From Verrucomicrobiota bacterium (GTDB lineage: Bacteria; Verrucomicrobiota; Verrucomicrobiia; Limisphaerales; Palsa-1400): DNA of 46,685 bases. Shown here piece by piece: positions 1 through 8,213 of the stretch (its first letter is position 1; every line of letters starts with the position of its first letter). Made by a program: the position numbers and the translations under genes. The stretch spans positions 1-46,685 of the forward strand of contig JBEKOF010000001.1 in NCBI GenBank assembly GCA_049522055.1, written 5' to 3'. The notes under the pieces are model-generated. The model searched no databases, was not told the DNA's origin, and was given only the letters and a program-made list of their open reading frames with translations.

Positions 1-755
1 TTGCCGTGCTTGCGGGCGATGTTCTTGACGACGTACTTGTAGATCATCATGTTGTCGGCCGTCCGCACCAGTGTGTCAAATCGAAAATCTATCTCCGCCT
101 GGCCCCCGGTGGCCACTTCGTGGTGCTGCCGCTCGATCTTCATGCCCAGTTCCTCCATCACCAGGCACATCTCGGTGCGAATGTCCTGCTGGGTGTCCAG
201 CGGGGCGACCGGGAAGTAGCCCTCCTTATGGCGGATCTTGTTGCCCAGGTTGGGGGCTTCGTCCCGGCCGCTGTTCCAGATGGCCTCCTCCGAGTCCACG
301 GAATAGAACGTGCCGTTGGATTTGGCGTCGAACTGCACACTGTCAAATATGAAAAACTCGGCCTCCGGCCCGAACACGGCGGCGTCGGCCAGGCCGGTGG
401 ACAGGAGGTACTTTTCCCCGCGCTGGGCGATGCCGCGGGGATCGCGCGTGTAAGTCTCCTTGGTGCCCGTCTCGGAAATCGTGCAGGTCAGGGAAAGGGT
501 GGGCACCGCGCAGAAGGGGTCCATGAAGGCGGTGTTGGGGTCGGGCATGGCGAGCATGTCGGAAGCCTCGATGGACTTCCAGCCGCGAATGGAAGAGCCG
601 TCAAAGCCGAGGCCTTCGGTGAAACTTTCCTCGGTCAACTCGGAAATCGGGCAACTGAAATGTTGCCAGGTTCCGAAAGTATCAACAAATTTCACGTCCA
701 CCATCTTGGCGGCGCGTTTCTTGGCGAGTTCTAATACGCTTTTTGGGGTGTTCAT
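1..755 (-). CDS. glnA: glutamine synthetase type I, N-terminal ~251 codons (the rest runs off the left edge)
   Basis: Absent from the ORF track because no stop lies in the window. Hand translation of the reverse strand from ATG 755-753 gives MNTPKSVLELAKKRAAKMVDVKFVDTFGTWQHFS..GLGFDGSSIRGWKSIEASDMLAMPDPNTAFMDPF..GPEAEFFIFD..HHEVATGGQAEIDF, typical GS-I blocks. The + ORF 6..734 is its antisense shadow. Lies directly downstream of glnB. Confidence 0.9.
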   Translation of the reverse strand, partial: MNTPKSVLELAKKRAAKMVDVKFVDTFGTWQHFSCPISELTEESFTEGLGFDGSSIRGWKSIEASDMLAMPDPNTAFMDPFCAVPTLSLTCTISETGTKETYTRDPRGIAQRGEKYLLSTGLADAAVFGPEAEFFIFDSVQFDAKSNGTFYSVDSEEAIWNSGRDEAPNLGNKIRHKEGYFPVAPLDTQQDIRTEMCLVMEELGMKIERQHHEVATGGQAEIDFRFDTLVRTADNMMIYKYVVKNIARKHG

Positions 756-842
756 GGAACGGTTTTATTGGGTTTTGCTTGGTTTTGTTTCAGGTTCAGG
801 GGACAAACGGACACTCCACGCTCCAGGCGGGAGGGGGTTGCA

Positions 843-1251
<409 letters not shown>

Positions 1252-1478
1252 CAGGAATCTGAAAAAATATTGCACTTTTTTTTGAACAAAAATAAGTGAA
1301 AGAATGTCTTGACTAATGAAACAAATGATGCTTTCTTAATGCAAGGGTCGGATTTTGATTTTGAGGGCAAAAATGTAAAAATTGTTCTTTCTTTGCCCAA
1401 TGTGATTTCGGTTGCGGTTAGGTACAGGCAGCAACCGGAAAACCCCATAAACTACATTTGTACCAAATTCGAAAATTC

Positions 1479-1524
1479 CCCGGGCTTCTTGATCATCCCC
1501 TGATCATTTAGCCCGGTTTTTTTT
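1479..1524 (+). terminator. intrinsic terminator-like hairpin followed by T8
   Basis: CCGGGC(1480-1485)..TGATCA-tcccc-TGATCA..GCCCGG(1511-1516) followed by TTTTTTTT (1517-1524). No annotated + strand gene ends here (see findings). Confidence 0.5.
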
Positions 1525-1691
1525 GTACACGCCCATTCAATCCCGCCGGTTTTCTGGAAACCACACGCCCGAAATCCCCGCTTGATCCTGTAAACAGCGT
1601 AATTGCAACGTAATGAATGGCTCAAAACCTCCTCCCAGTTCGATGGCACGACGAACAATTCGCAGTGACTGGGATGATTCTTGATGGCCGG

Positions 1692-1736
1692 GTTAAAAAT
1701 CAAAAGCCCCGGCCGCAGGTTGCTGCGACCGGGGCT
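1692..1736 (-). terminator. intrinsic terminator downstream of the Gly/Pro-rich protein gene
   Basis: On the minus strand, AGCCCCGG..GCAG-caac-CTGC..CCGGGGCT followed by TTTTGATTTTT, about 45 nt after the stop at 1780. Confidence 0.6.
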
Positions 1737-1779
1737 GGCTGCCGATGGGCAATCTGATTCGGCGCGCGTTCAATCTTGG

Positions 1780-2202
1780 TTATTGATCAGCGGGTGGAGG
1801 GCCAGGAGGCGGGCCGAAACCACCAGGACCACCCGGAGGCGGGCCGAAGTCACCAGGACCACCCGGAGGTGGGCCGAAGTCACCGGGACCACCCGGAGGC
1901 GGGCCGCCACCACCAGGACCACCGGCGCCAGCAGGCGGGCCGAAACCACCAGCAGGCGGGCCACCACCAGGGCCGCCGGGACCACGAGGGCCACCAGGGC
2001 AGCCAGGCCCGCCCGGGCCGCCGGGACCAACGTCATTGGGGCCGCCAGGACCACCCGGCCCGCCATTGCCATGAAATTGCCCTCCAGGCCCCGGCCCGCC
2101 CGGGCCGCCCGGTCCTGGGCCGTTCTCATCCTGCGCTATCACTACCCATGCCGACGCGCCCAGCGCCAACACGGCCAGCACTGCTTTTGTCATTGTTTTC
2201 AT
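1780..2202 (-). CDS. secreted Gly/Pro-rich low-complexity protein (hypothetical)
   Basis: N-terminal signal peptide MKTMTKAVLAVLALGASAWVVIAQD, then PGGPGG tracts and GPPPGGPG(D/G)F decapeptide repeats. This frame was chosen over the three other overlapping ORFs because it alone has a signal peptide, an ATG start and a downstream terminator. Confidence 0.7.
   Translation of the reverse strand: MKTMTKAVLAVLALGASAWVVIAQDENGPGPGGPGGPGPGGQFHGNGGPGGPGGPNDVGPGGPGGPGCPGGPRGPGGPGGGPPAGGFGPPAGAGGPGGGGPPPGGPGDFGPPPGGPGDFGPPPGGPGGFGPPPGPPPADQ
1801..1920. repeat. four tandem 30-bp units inside the Gly/Pro-rich gene
   Basis: Units at 1801-1830, 1831-1860, 1861-1890 and 1891-1920, consensus ACCCGGAGGCGGGCCGAAGTCACCAGGACC with a few substitutions. 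Confidence 0.9.
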
Positions 2203-2403
2203 AATGTGTCTTCCTTTCTTGCTTTGTCATTCTGCGGCTGCTGGCTGGAGGTCTCGCGACAGGCGGGGCGCAGCCGGCAATCCGATTTAATCTTCATGCT
2301 GCCACCTTACTCCGGGGCACCTTAAGCCAGCATGAAGCCGGTGAATTTATTTATAAAACTTTCCGGCGCCCCGTGCCGCTCCGCAATTAAACCAAGAAAC
2401 CCC

Positions 2404-2432
2404 TTGCGCCCTGGCGGCGGCGGCCTTATATT
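2404..2432 (+). promoter_or_regulatory. candidate sigma70-type promoter for rpmI-rplT (TTGCGC-N17-TATATT)
   Basis: TTGCGCcctggcggcggcggcctTATATT ends 26 nt upstream of the rpmI ATG. No infC lies upstream in this window, so the operon needs its own promoter. Confidence 0.35.
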
Positions 2433-2457
2433 GCGCGTTCTTTTTAAGAGACAGATT

Positions 2458-2667
2458 ATGCGACGACCAAAAGGCATTAAGACCAAGAAATCGGTGGCCA
2501 AACGGTTCAGGATCACCGGCACCGGCAAAGTCATGCGTTCCCGCGCGGGCAAACGCCACCTCCTCCAAATCAAAAAACCCAAGCGCCGCCGCAACCTCGG
2601 CACCTCCAAACAAGTGGACCCGACGGATGCTTACCGCATTTTGCAGAATCTGCCCTTCAGCCATTAA
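2458..2667 (+). CDS. rpmI: 50S ribosomal protein L35
   Basis: MRRPKGIKTKKSVAKRFRITGTGKVMRSRAGKRHLLQIKKPKRRRNLG.. is typical L35. Internal ATG at 2458 of ORF 2332..2667. Confidence 0.9.
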   Translation: MRRPKGIKTKKSVAKRFRITGTGKVMRSRAGKRHLLQIKKPKRRRNLGTSKQVDPTDAYRILQNLPFSH

Positions 2668-2687
2668 CCCTTTCCCCCTGAGTTCCC

Positions 2688-3062
2688 ATGCGTGTCACCA
2701 ATTCCCCCGCCTCCCGCAAGCGCCGGATGCGCACGATCAAAGCCGCCAAGGGCTTCCGCCTCAAGCGCTCCAAACTTTACCGCTACGCCTCCGACGCCTT
2801 GGATCACGGCCTGCAATACGCCTACCGCGACCGCAAAACCAAGAAACGCAATTACCGCGCCCTCTGGCAGGTTCGCATCAACGCCGCCACCCGGGCCGCC
2901 GGCATGACCTACAGCCGGTTTATGGAGGGCCTCAAAGCCGCCAAGTGCGCCCTGGACCGCAAGGTGCTGGCCGAGCTGGCCGCCACAGACAGCGCGGCCT
3001 TCCAGGAGTTGGTGCAAATGTCCCAAAACGCCCTCAAGGCCAAGTCGGCCAAGACAGCCTGA
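2688..3062 (+). CDS. rplT: 50S ribosomal protein L20
   Basis: MRVTNSPASRKRRMRTIKAAKGFRLKRSKLYRYASDALDHGLQYAYRDRKTKKRNYRALWQVRINAA.. is canonical L20. Lies immediately after rpmI. Confidence 0.95.
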   Translation: MRVTNSPASRKRRMRTIKAAKGFRLKRSKLYRYASDALDHGLQYAYRDRKTKKRNYRALWQVRINAATRAAGMTYSRFMEGLKAAKCALDRKVLAELAATDSAAFQELVQMSQNALKAKSAKTA

Positions 3063-3071
3063 TTTGCCGTG

Positions 3072-3091
3072 GCGGAGGCATCCCTCCGCCA
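3072..3091 (+). other. GC-rich stem-loop between rplT and pheS
   Basis: GGCGGAGG-catc-CCTCCGCC (8-bp stem, 4-nt loop), 10 nt after the rplT stop, with no T-run. Possibly a processing or attenuation element. Confidence 0.35.
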
Positions 3092-3116
3092 TCCAATCGG
3101 ACGAGGGTTTTAGATT

Positions 3117-4121
3117 ATGTCTCTGCTTGCCGACATAGAGCCGCTGAAAGAGGCCGCGCTGGCCGAATTCCAGGCGGCCGGCGATCTGGCCGCGCTGGAG
3201 CAGGCCAAGGGAACCTGGCTGGGTCCCCACGGAGAATTCACCGCGCTGATGAAGCAACTCGCCGCGTTGCCCAAAGAAGAACGCCCCGCCGCCGGCAAGC
3301 TCATCAATCAGGCCAAGTCGGCCCTGGAAGCGGCGATGACTGCCCGCCGCCACGATTTGCAACTCAAAGCCGCCCTGCCCGCCGAACCCACCGATTTCAC
3401 CCTGCCCGGACGCCGCCGCCCGTTGGGCAAACTCCATCCCCTAACCCAGGTGACCGAGGACATCGTCCGCAGTTTTCGCAAAATCGGCTTCGCCGTGGCC
3501 GACGGCCCGGAAGTGGAGACGGAGTATCATTGCTTTGACGCCTTGAACACCCCGGCTGACCACCCGGCGCGAGATGTCCAGGACACTTTTTATCTCGAGG
3601 ACACTGATGCACTGCTCCTGCGCACGCACACTTCCTCGGTGCAAATCCGCGTGATGAAAAAGCAAGCCCCGCCGGTGCGGATCCTGGTGCCGGGCCGGGT
3701 CTATCGCCGCGACACTCCCGACGCGACCCACAATCCGACCTTCCACCAGATCGAGGGTCTCTACGTGGACCGGGAGGTGACGGCGGGCGATTTGAAAGGG
3801 ACGGTGGAATTTGTGTTCCGGCAATTGCTGGGCGGAGAGACGAAAATCCGGTTCCGGCCCCACTATTTTTCGTACACCGAACCGAGTTTTGAGATTGATT
3901 TCTCCAACTCCCTGACCAAAAAAATGGGCAAGGAATGGCTCGAAATCGCCGGCTGCGGCATGGTCCATCCCCAGGTCTTCGAGAACGTGGGCTACGACCC
4001 GGAGATATGGACCGGCTGGGCCTTCGGATTTGGCATCGAGCGTATTGCCATGATTCGTTACGGCATCAACGACATTCGGCTTTTCTACGAAAACGACTTG
4101 CGCTTCCTGCGGCAATTCTAA
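3117..4121 (+). CDS. pheS: phenylalanine--tRNA ligase alpha subunit
   Basis: 334 aa with HPLTQVTEDIVRSFRKIGF, NTPADHPARDVQDTFY, LLRTHTSSVQIR, FRPHYFSYTEPSFEID and AFGFGIERIAMIRYGI, the class II aaRS PheS blocks. pheT is not adjacent. Confidence 0.95.
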   Translation: MSLLADIEPLKEAALAEFQAAGDLAALEQAKGTWLGPHGEFTALMKQLAALPKEERPAAGKLINQAKSALEAAMTARRHDLQLKAALPAEPTDFTLPGRRRPLGKLHPLTQVTEDIVRSFRKIGFAVADGPEVETEYHCFDALNTPADHPARDVQDTFYLEDTDALLLRTHTSSVQIRVMKKQAPPVRILVPGRVYRRDTPDATHNPTFHQIEGLYVDREVTAGDLKGTVEFVFRQLLGGETKIRFRPHYFSYTEPSFEIDFSNSLTKKMGKEWLEIAGCGMVHPQVFENVGYDPEIWTGWAFGFGIERIAMIRYGINDIRLFYENDLRFLRQF

Positions 4122-4165
4122 AAAGCCGCCCGTGGCGGTTGGCGGCAAGCTTTTGTCAAGTTTTT
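4122..4165 (+). terminator. putative intrinsic terminator after pheS
   Basis: AAAAGCCGCC-cgtggcggtt-GGCGGC followed by aagCTTTTGtcaagTTTTT. Confidence 0.45.
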
Positions 4166-4203
4166 CTCTTGCCACGAGATAGGAAAGGGGCCAAAAGATA
4201 GCT

Positions 4204-4596
4204 GTGGATTCAAGAATGGCCGAAAAACCCAAAATTCTTGTGGTGGAGGATGAACCCAGCCTTCGCATGTTGGTTCGAAAGGTGCTGGAACGAGCCAACT
4301 TTGAAGTGATCGAGGCCGCCTCGGGCGCGCTGGCGCTGGAGTTGTGGAACCAGGAGAAGCCCCAAATAGAACTTCTCCTGACCGACATGGTGATGCCCGA
4401 CGGCATGAGCGGCCGGCAACTGGCCGAACGCCTCAAGGCCGACAACCCGTCGCTCAAAGTCCTTTACACTTCCGGCTACAGCACCGATTTGCTGGGGAAG
4501 GACCTGGGGTTGGAAGAGGGCGTGAATTTCCTGCAAAAGCCCTATCCTCCCTCCAAGCTGGTCGAAACGGTCAAGCGATCCCTTGGCATGTCTTGA
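4204..4596 (+). CDS. stand-alone CheY-like response regulator receiver protein
   Basis: KILVVEDEPSLRMLVRKVLE..LLLTDMVMPDGMSGRQLAERL..KVLYTSGY..FLQKPY is a receiver domain with acidic pocket, phospho-Asp and conserved T/K positions, and no output domain. GTG start at 4204, alternative ATG at 4216. Confidence 0.85.
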   Translation: MDSRMAEKPKILVVEDEPSLRMLVRKVLERANFEVIEAASGALALELWNQEKPQIELLLTDMVMPDGMSGRQLAERLKADNPSLKVLYTSGYSTDLLGKDLGLEEGVNFLQKPYPPSKLVETVKRSLGMS

Positions 4597-4619
4597 CTGG
4601 CCGTTGCCGCAGGGCCGCC

Positions 4620-5903
4620 ATGATGACAAAAAAAACTTCCCCGCCACGCCCGCGCCGTTCCGTGATGCTCTTTGGCGTCGGGTCCTTCGCCCAGAGCATC
4701 GGCCAGACGCTGCTGGAAGCCGGGGCGGATGTCTCGACCTATCTGACCCGCAACTACGGTCATTATTCGCCTCAGCTTGTCGGGCCGGTTTATTCCCGCG
4801 AGGCCTTTCCCAATCCTTGTCCGCTCCTGGCCCAACGGCGCGTTGAACTGGTCATCCCGCAATCCATAGATTGGGCGCAGGCGCCGTGGGCGGAAGAATT
4901 GTTGCGAAGCAGGGCGCCCATTTTCGGCCCCACGGGGGAGGGGATGAGAATTGAGCGCGAGCGCGATTTTGCCCGCAGACTTTGCGCGGATTTGAAGATT
5001 CCCTTTCCGCGGGCTTATGTGGCCTCCAACCGATTGGAGGCCGAGAAAATCGCGGCCAGACATCCCCGCCCGTTTGTCATCAAGAACCCGCTCTGCTCGC
5101 CCTCCAGTCCGGTCCACACCATCCTGTGCGAGACCGCCGCCGACACCCGCGCCTGGCTCAAGCAGGTGAATTATGCCGAAGGGGTTTTTTTGCAGGAATA
5201 CATGGGCCGGGCCGAGGCCGGGCACATCGCCCTGGTCAGCGCCGGCCGGATTTATTCCCTGGTCACCAACCAGGAATACAAGCGGGCCTTTGACGGCAAC
5301 ATGGGGGTCATCGCCGGGGCGCCCCTGGGCGGGTTGGTGGAAAAAGATCCCGGCGACAAGTACGGCCTCGCCCGCCGATTCCTCCATCCTCTGCTGCCGT
5401 GGTTTCGCAGAGTCAAGTACAACGGCCCGATCCAGGTCACCGCCGTGAAGCGGGCGGGCAAATGGTTCGTCATCGAATACAACATCCGCATCGGCGTGAC
5501 CTCCGGCCCGATGATCCTGCGTCTGCTGCGCAACCCGCTGCAAACCCTGCTCCGCACGGCCCGCAACGAGAAGCTCAGCCCGCAATTCCGCGACGACCTG
5601 GCCTTCGGCTGCTCCCTGACGCTGGCGGGCTACGGCTATCCGTACACGCAGGTGGCCGGCCCGCAACTGCCGGTGGAGATCGCCGGAAAACTGACTTGCG
5701 ACGTGTGGTGGAACGAAGTGGCCCGCCACCCCGCCGGCCATCTGGCCACCACCGGCCAGCGCATCGCCGACGTCATCGCCTTGGCCCCCACGCTCGAAGG
5801 GGCGATCACCCGCGCTTATGAAAACATCAGGAAAATCCGGGTTCTCTCCAGCTATTACCGCCAGGACATCGGGCAATCGCTCTGGCCGCCCGGCAGCGAA
5901 TAA
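4620..5903 (+). CDS. divergent PurD-like (phosphoribosylamine--glycine ligase family) ATP-grasp enzyme
   Basis: Start taken at ATG 4620 (MMTKKTS..) inside ORF 4344..5903. Blocks are collinear with PurD: IFGPTGEGMRIERERDFARRL, NQEYKRAFDGNMGVIAGAPLGG, IEYNIRIGVTSGPMILRLL and TTGQRIADVIALAPTLEGAITRAYENIRKI..YRQDIG, but several PurD-conserved residues differ. Confidence 0.6.
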   Translation: MMTKKTSPPRPRRSVMLFGVGSFAQSIGQTLLEAGADVSTYLTRNYGHYSPQLVGPVYSREAFPNPCPLLAQRRVELVIPQSIDWAQAPWAEELLRSRAPIFGPTGEGMRIERERDFARRLCADLKIPFPRAYVASNRLEAEKIAARHPRPFVIKNPLCSPSSPVHTILCETAADTRAWLKQVNYAEGVFLQEYMGRAEAGHIALVSAGRIYSLVTNQEYKRAFDGNMGVIAGAPLGGLVEKDPGDKYGLARRFLHPLLPWFRRVKYNGPIQVTAVKRAGKWFVIEYNIRIGVTSGPMILRLLRNPLQTLLRTARNEKLSPQFRDDLAFGCSLTLAGYGYPYTQVAGPQLPVEIAGKLTCDVWWNEVARHPAGHLATTGQRIADVIALAPTLEGAITRAYENIRKIRVLSSYYRQDIGQSLWPPGSE

Positions 5904-5990
5904 TAACTGGCGAGAACCGCAAATCAGGTCTGAATTCTTCAATCATAAGCAGATTGCTTAGGATTCGCTTTTTGCGGTCAAACCTTTTTT

Positions 5991-6030
5991 TACCTTGATT
6001 TACCTTGATTGGGCTTGATTGGGCTTGATT
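5991..6030. repeat. four tandem 10-bp units sharing CTTGATT
   Basis: taccttgatt taccttgatt gggcttgatt gggcttgatt, with exact 10-bp periodicity. Confidence 0.9.
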
Positions 6031-6090
6031 GGCGTGGCTCCAACTGCATTCGGGAGAAGGGGGATGTTGAGGGCTTCCTCCTCCGCTGAC

Positions 6091-6250
6091 GCTTCCGCCT
6101 TCGTTGAAACTCCCGCCTTCGTTTCCTCCTTCGCAAAAGCTTCCGCCTTCGTTAAAACTACGGCGGACAAGACGCAGGACAGGAAAACTTCGGCGAACGA
6201 GATGGAGGAGAGGGAAGCTACGGCGGACGCCTCGGCGAGGCGTCGCTACC
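6091..6250. repeat. composite block of short GC-rich repeats ending in a REP-like hairpin
   Basis: GCTTCCGCCTTCGTT(G/A)AAAC at 6091-6110 and 6139-6158, a degenerate copy at 6111-6126, CGGCGGAC/CGGCGAAC motifs at 6161, 6191 and 6221, and the hairpin GACGCCTC-ggc-GAGGCGTC at 6226-6244. The 147-aa minus ORF here (RRSF and NEGGSF repeats) looks like a repeat artefact. Confidence 0.8.
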
Positions 6251-6482
6251 AGCATTGGATCCTCCGCCACCTTTGCCTATTCTCCTTCTTCATTCTCGAT
6301 CTGATTGAATCACACTTTTTGAAAAATGTCCATCCCACGGTGGTAACGATTTGCATTTGGTGGTTTTCGATAGAAGTGGCTGATTTGGACATTCTTGTGT
6401 TTGAAAAGTGAGTTTTTGAGGTTGGCATTTTTAAAAATAGTTTTGGGCAAACCGCCGAAAAGCTGCTAAGAGACTGAAAAAC

Positions 6483-7670
6483 ATGGCAAAACTTGTCGTC
6501 AAAGCGCCTGGAGTGCCGGTGGCAGAGTTGGACTTGCCGCCGGGCATTCATCAGGTGGGGCGTTCACCGGACGCGAGCATCCAAATCAATCATCCGAGTG
6601 TCTCGGGTACTCATTGTCAAATCGCGGTGGAGGCGGATGGCACAAGGATCAAGGACCTCGGCTCGACGAACGGGACTTGGATAGACGGCCAGCGGATTGA
6701 GGAAAAAGCGCTGCTGCCGGGTCAGTGCGCGCGTCTTGGGGAGGTGGAGGTGGTTTTGGATCCTCAAGCCGCGCCGCCGGGCGGAGTTCGTCTGGCTTCG
6801 ACGCCCCCGGCAGGCGTGGCGGCCAATCCGCCCGGGCCGCCGCCGATGCGGCCGCCAAAGGCCGCACCCGGGGTGGCCGCAGACCCGATGAGAAGTTTCT
6901 ATCAGCGGGTGCCTGGCGCATTCGCCTGTCCGCTGAAACGCAATGGACTCATCCTGCTGACAGTGGGAAGCGTTGTCTTTCTGGTGTTCAATTTGTTGCC
7001 GGCGTTTGAGCGGATCGCGGCGGCGCTGGCGATTTCCGGCGGGCTTGGGCGCGGATTCTGGACGTTTCTGCGGATGATGTTTTTGAATCCATTTGTCGGG
7101 CTGTGGATGATATTCACTTCGATGGTGACCGGATATGTGTTTCTCTATATGCAGAACATCATCTCCGCCAGCGCCAACGGGGAGGAGGAGATGCCGTCGT
7201 TTCCGGCGTTTGAAAGCTGGTGGTACGACGCCATGGAGCCATTTCTGAAGCTGGCAGCCATCCTGGCCTGTTGTCTGGCTCCCGCCGTGCTGTGCCGGAT
7301 GTATCTGGGACAGGGGGTTTGGGCGCTGACGCTGTGTTTGGGGATTGTTGGCTTCTGTTACTTCGGGATGGCGCTGCTGGCGGTGACGATCTGCGGTTCG
7401 TGGGCGGGGATGAGTCCGCAAGTGGTGGTGCCTTCGATCTTGCGGGTGCCAGGGGAGTATGCCGTGTATTGTGTGCTGTTTATTGTGCTGATGGGCGCCA
7501 CGTTTCACTCGGCTCAGTGGATTCGGGAGTTGCCCATCCCGCTATTGAGCTATCCGATCTACCAACACCTTCTGGGGCAGTTTTTCTTTTTGTATATTTC
7601 CGCGGCGGAAATGCGCGTGCTGGGCTTGCTTTACCGCACCGGGCGCGAGCGCCTGGGATGGAAGCTTTAG
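6483..7670 (+). CDS. FHA-domain protein with Pro-rich linker and polytopic membrane C-terminal domain
   Basis: The N-terminus GRSPDASIQINHPSVSGTHCQIAVEADGTRIKDLGSTNGTWIDGQRI is a canonical FHA core (G-R..S..H..NGT). It is followed by a PPGPPPMRPP linker and about 6-7 hydrophobic segments. Confidence 0.8.
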   Translation: MAKLVVKAPGVPVAELDLPPGIHQVGRSPDASIQINHPSVSGTHCQIAVEADGTRIKDLGSTNGTWIDGQRIEEKALLPGQCARLGEVEVVLDPQAAPPGGVRLASTPPAGVAANPPGPPPMRPPKAAPGVAADPMRSFYQRVPGAFACPLKRNGLILLTVGSVVFLVFNLLPAFERIAAALAISGGLGRGFWTFLRMMFLNPFVGLWMIFTSMVTGYVFLYMQNIISASANGEEEMPSFPAFESWWYDAMEPFLKLAAILACCLAPAVLCRMYLGQGVWALTLCLGIVGFCYFGMALLAVTICGSWAGMSPQVVVPSILRVPGEYAVYCVLFIVLMGATFHSAQWIRELPIPLLSYPIYQHLLGQFFFLYISAAEMRVLGLLYRTGRERLGWKL

Positions 7671-7804
7671 CCGCGACCAGGCACGGCTGGGAGAGGGCGG
7701 TGGTGGCAAAAAGGGGTGATGGATTATGAACTTAGATGAGGCGGTTGATCGGTGGCCGGTCCGGCATGGAAACGGGAGATCCTGGATGAATCCAAAAATC
7801 GGAG

Positions 7805-7824
7805 AAAACGGAGAAATCGGAGGT
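7805..7824. repeat. dispersed 20-nt repeat GAAAACGGAGAAATCGGAGG (copy 1)
   Basis: Identical 20-mer at 42272-42291. Reads as FLRFLRF in the minus-strand shadow ORFs. Confidence 0.85.
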
Positions 7825-8213
7825 TTTGGAGAGCGGAATTCAGTCCGGGAAGGGGCAAAAACTGGCGAGCGGATTGAATTGCAAGAACAAAACGGTCAAG
7901 CCGTCGATGCCTGTTTGGTGGGTCGTTCCAAGGCTCGCGCAAGGGTTTTATGCCGATTCTTTCAATTCCCCGGCGGCTTCATTTTCAAGGATGTTTATGT
8001 CAATCCGCGCAACCTCCAAAGTGTCAAAAGTGAGGACACTGCGCTGATTTGTAAACTGCTTATATTCAGTCTGTTCCAATCGCATAGGCTTCGGGAGGCG
8101 AGGGATGCCTGTCATCAAATGCCAATTAAAAACTAATTGCTTGCGTTTTAGTAATTGCCAGGAATAGTAAAGTTTGAATTAAATAGTAGTTGGCTGACAT
8201 TTTGAAATAATTT

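Noticed and set aside
1644-1664. TGGCAC..TTCGCA resembling a sigma-54 -24/-12 promoter near the glnB-glnA locus
   Set aside because: The GG-to-GC spacing is about 5 nt too long for the TGGCAC-N5-TTGC consensus. It lies on the + strand pointing away from glnB, with no + strand gene downstream.
5991-6250. Possible CRISPR array, because of short direct repeats
   Set aside because: The units are 10-20 bp with no unique spacers of 25-40 bp between them, and no cas genes are in the window. This is tandem or REP-type repeat DNA.
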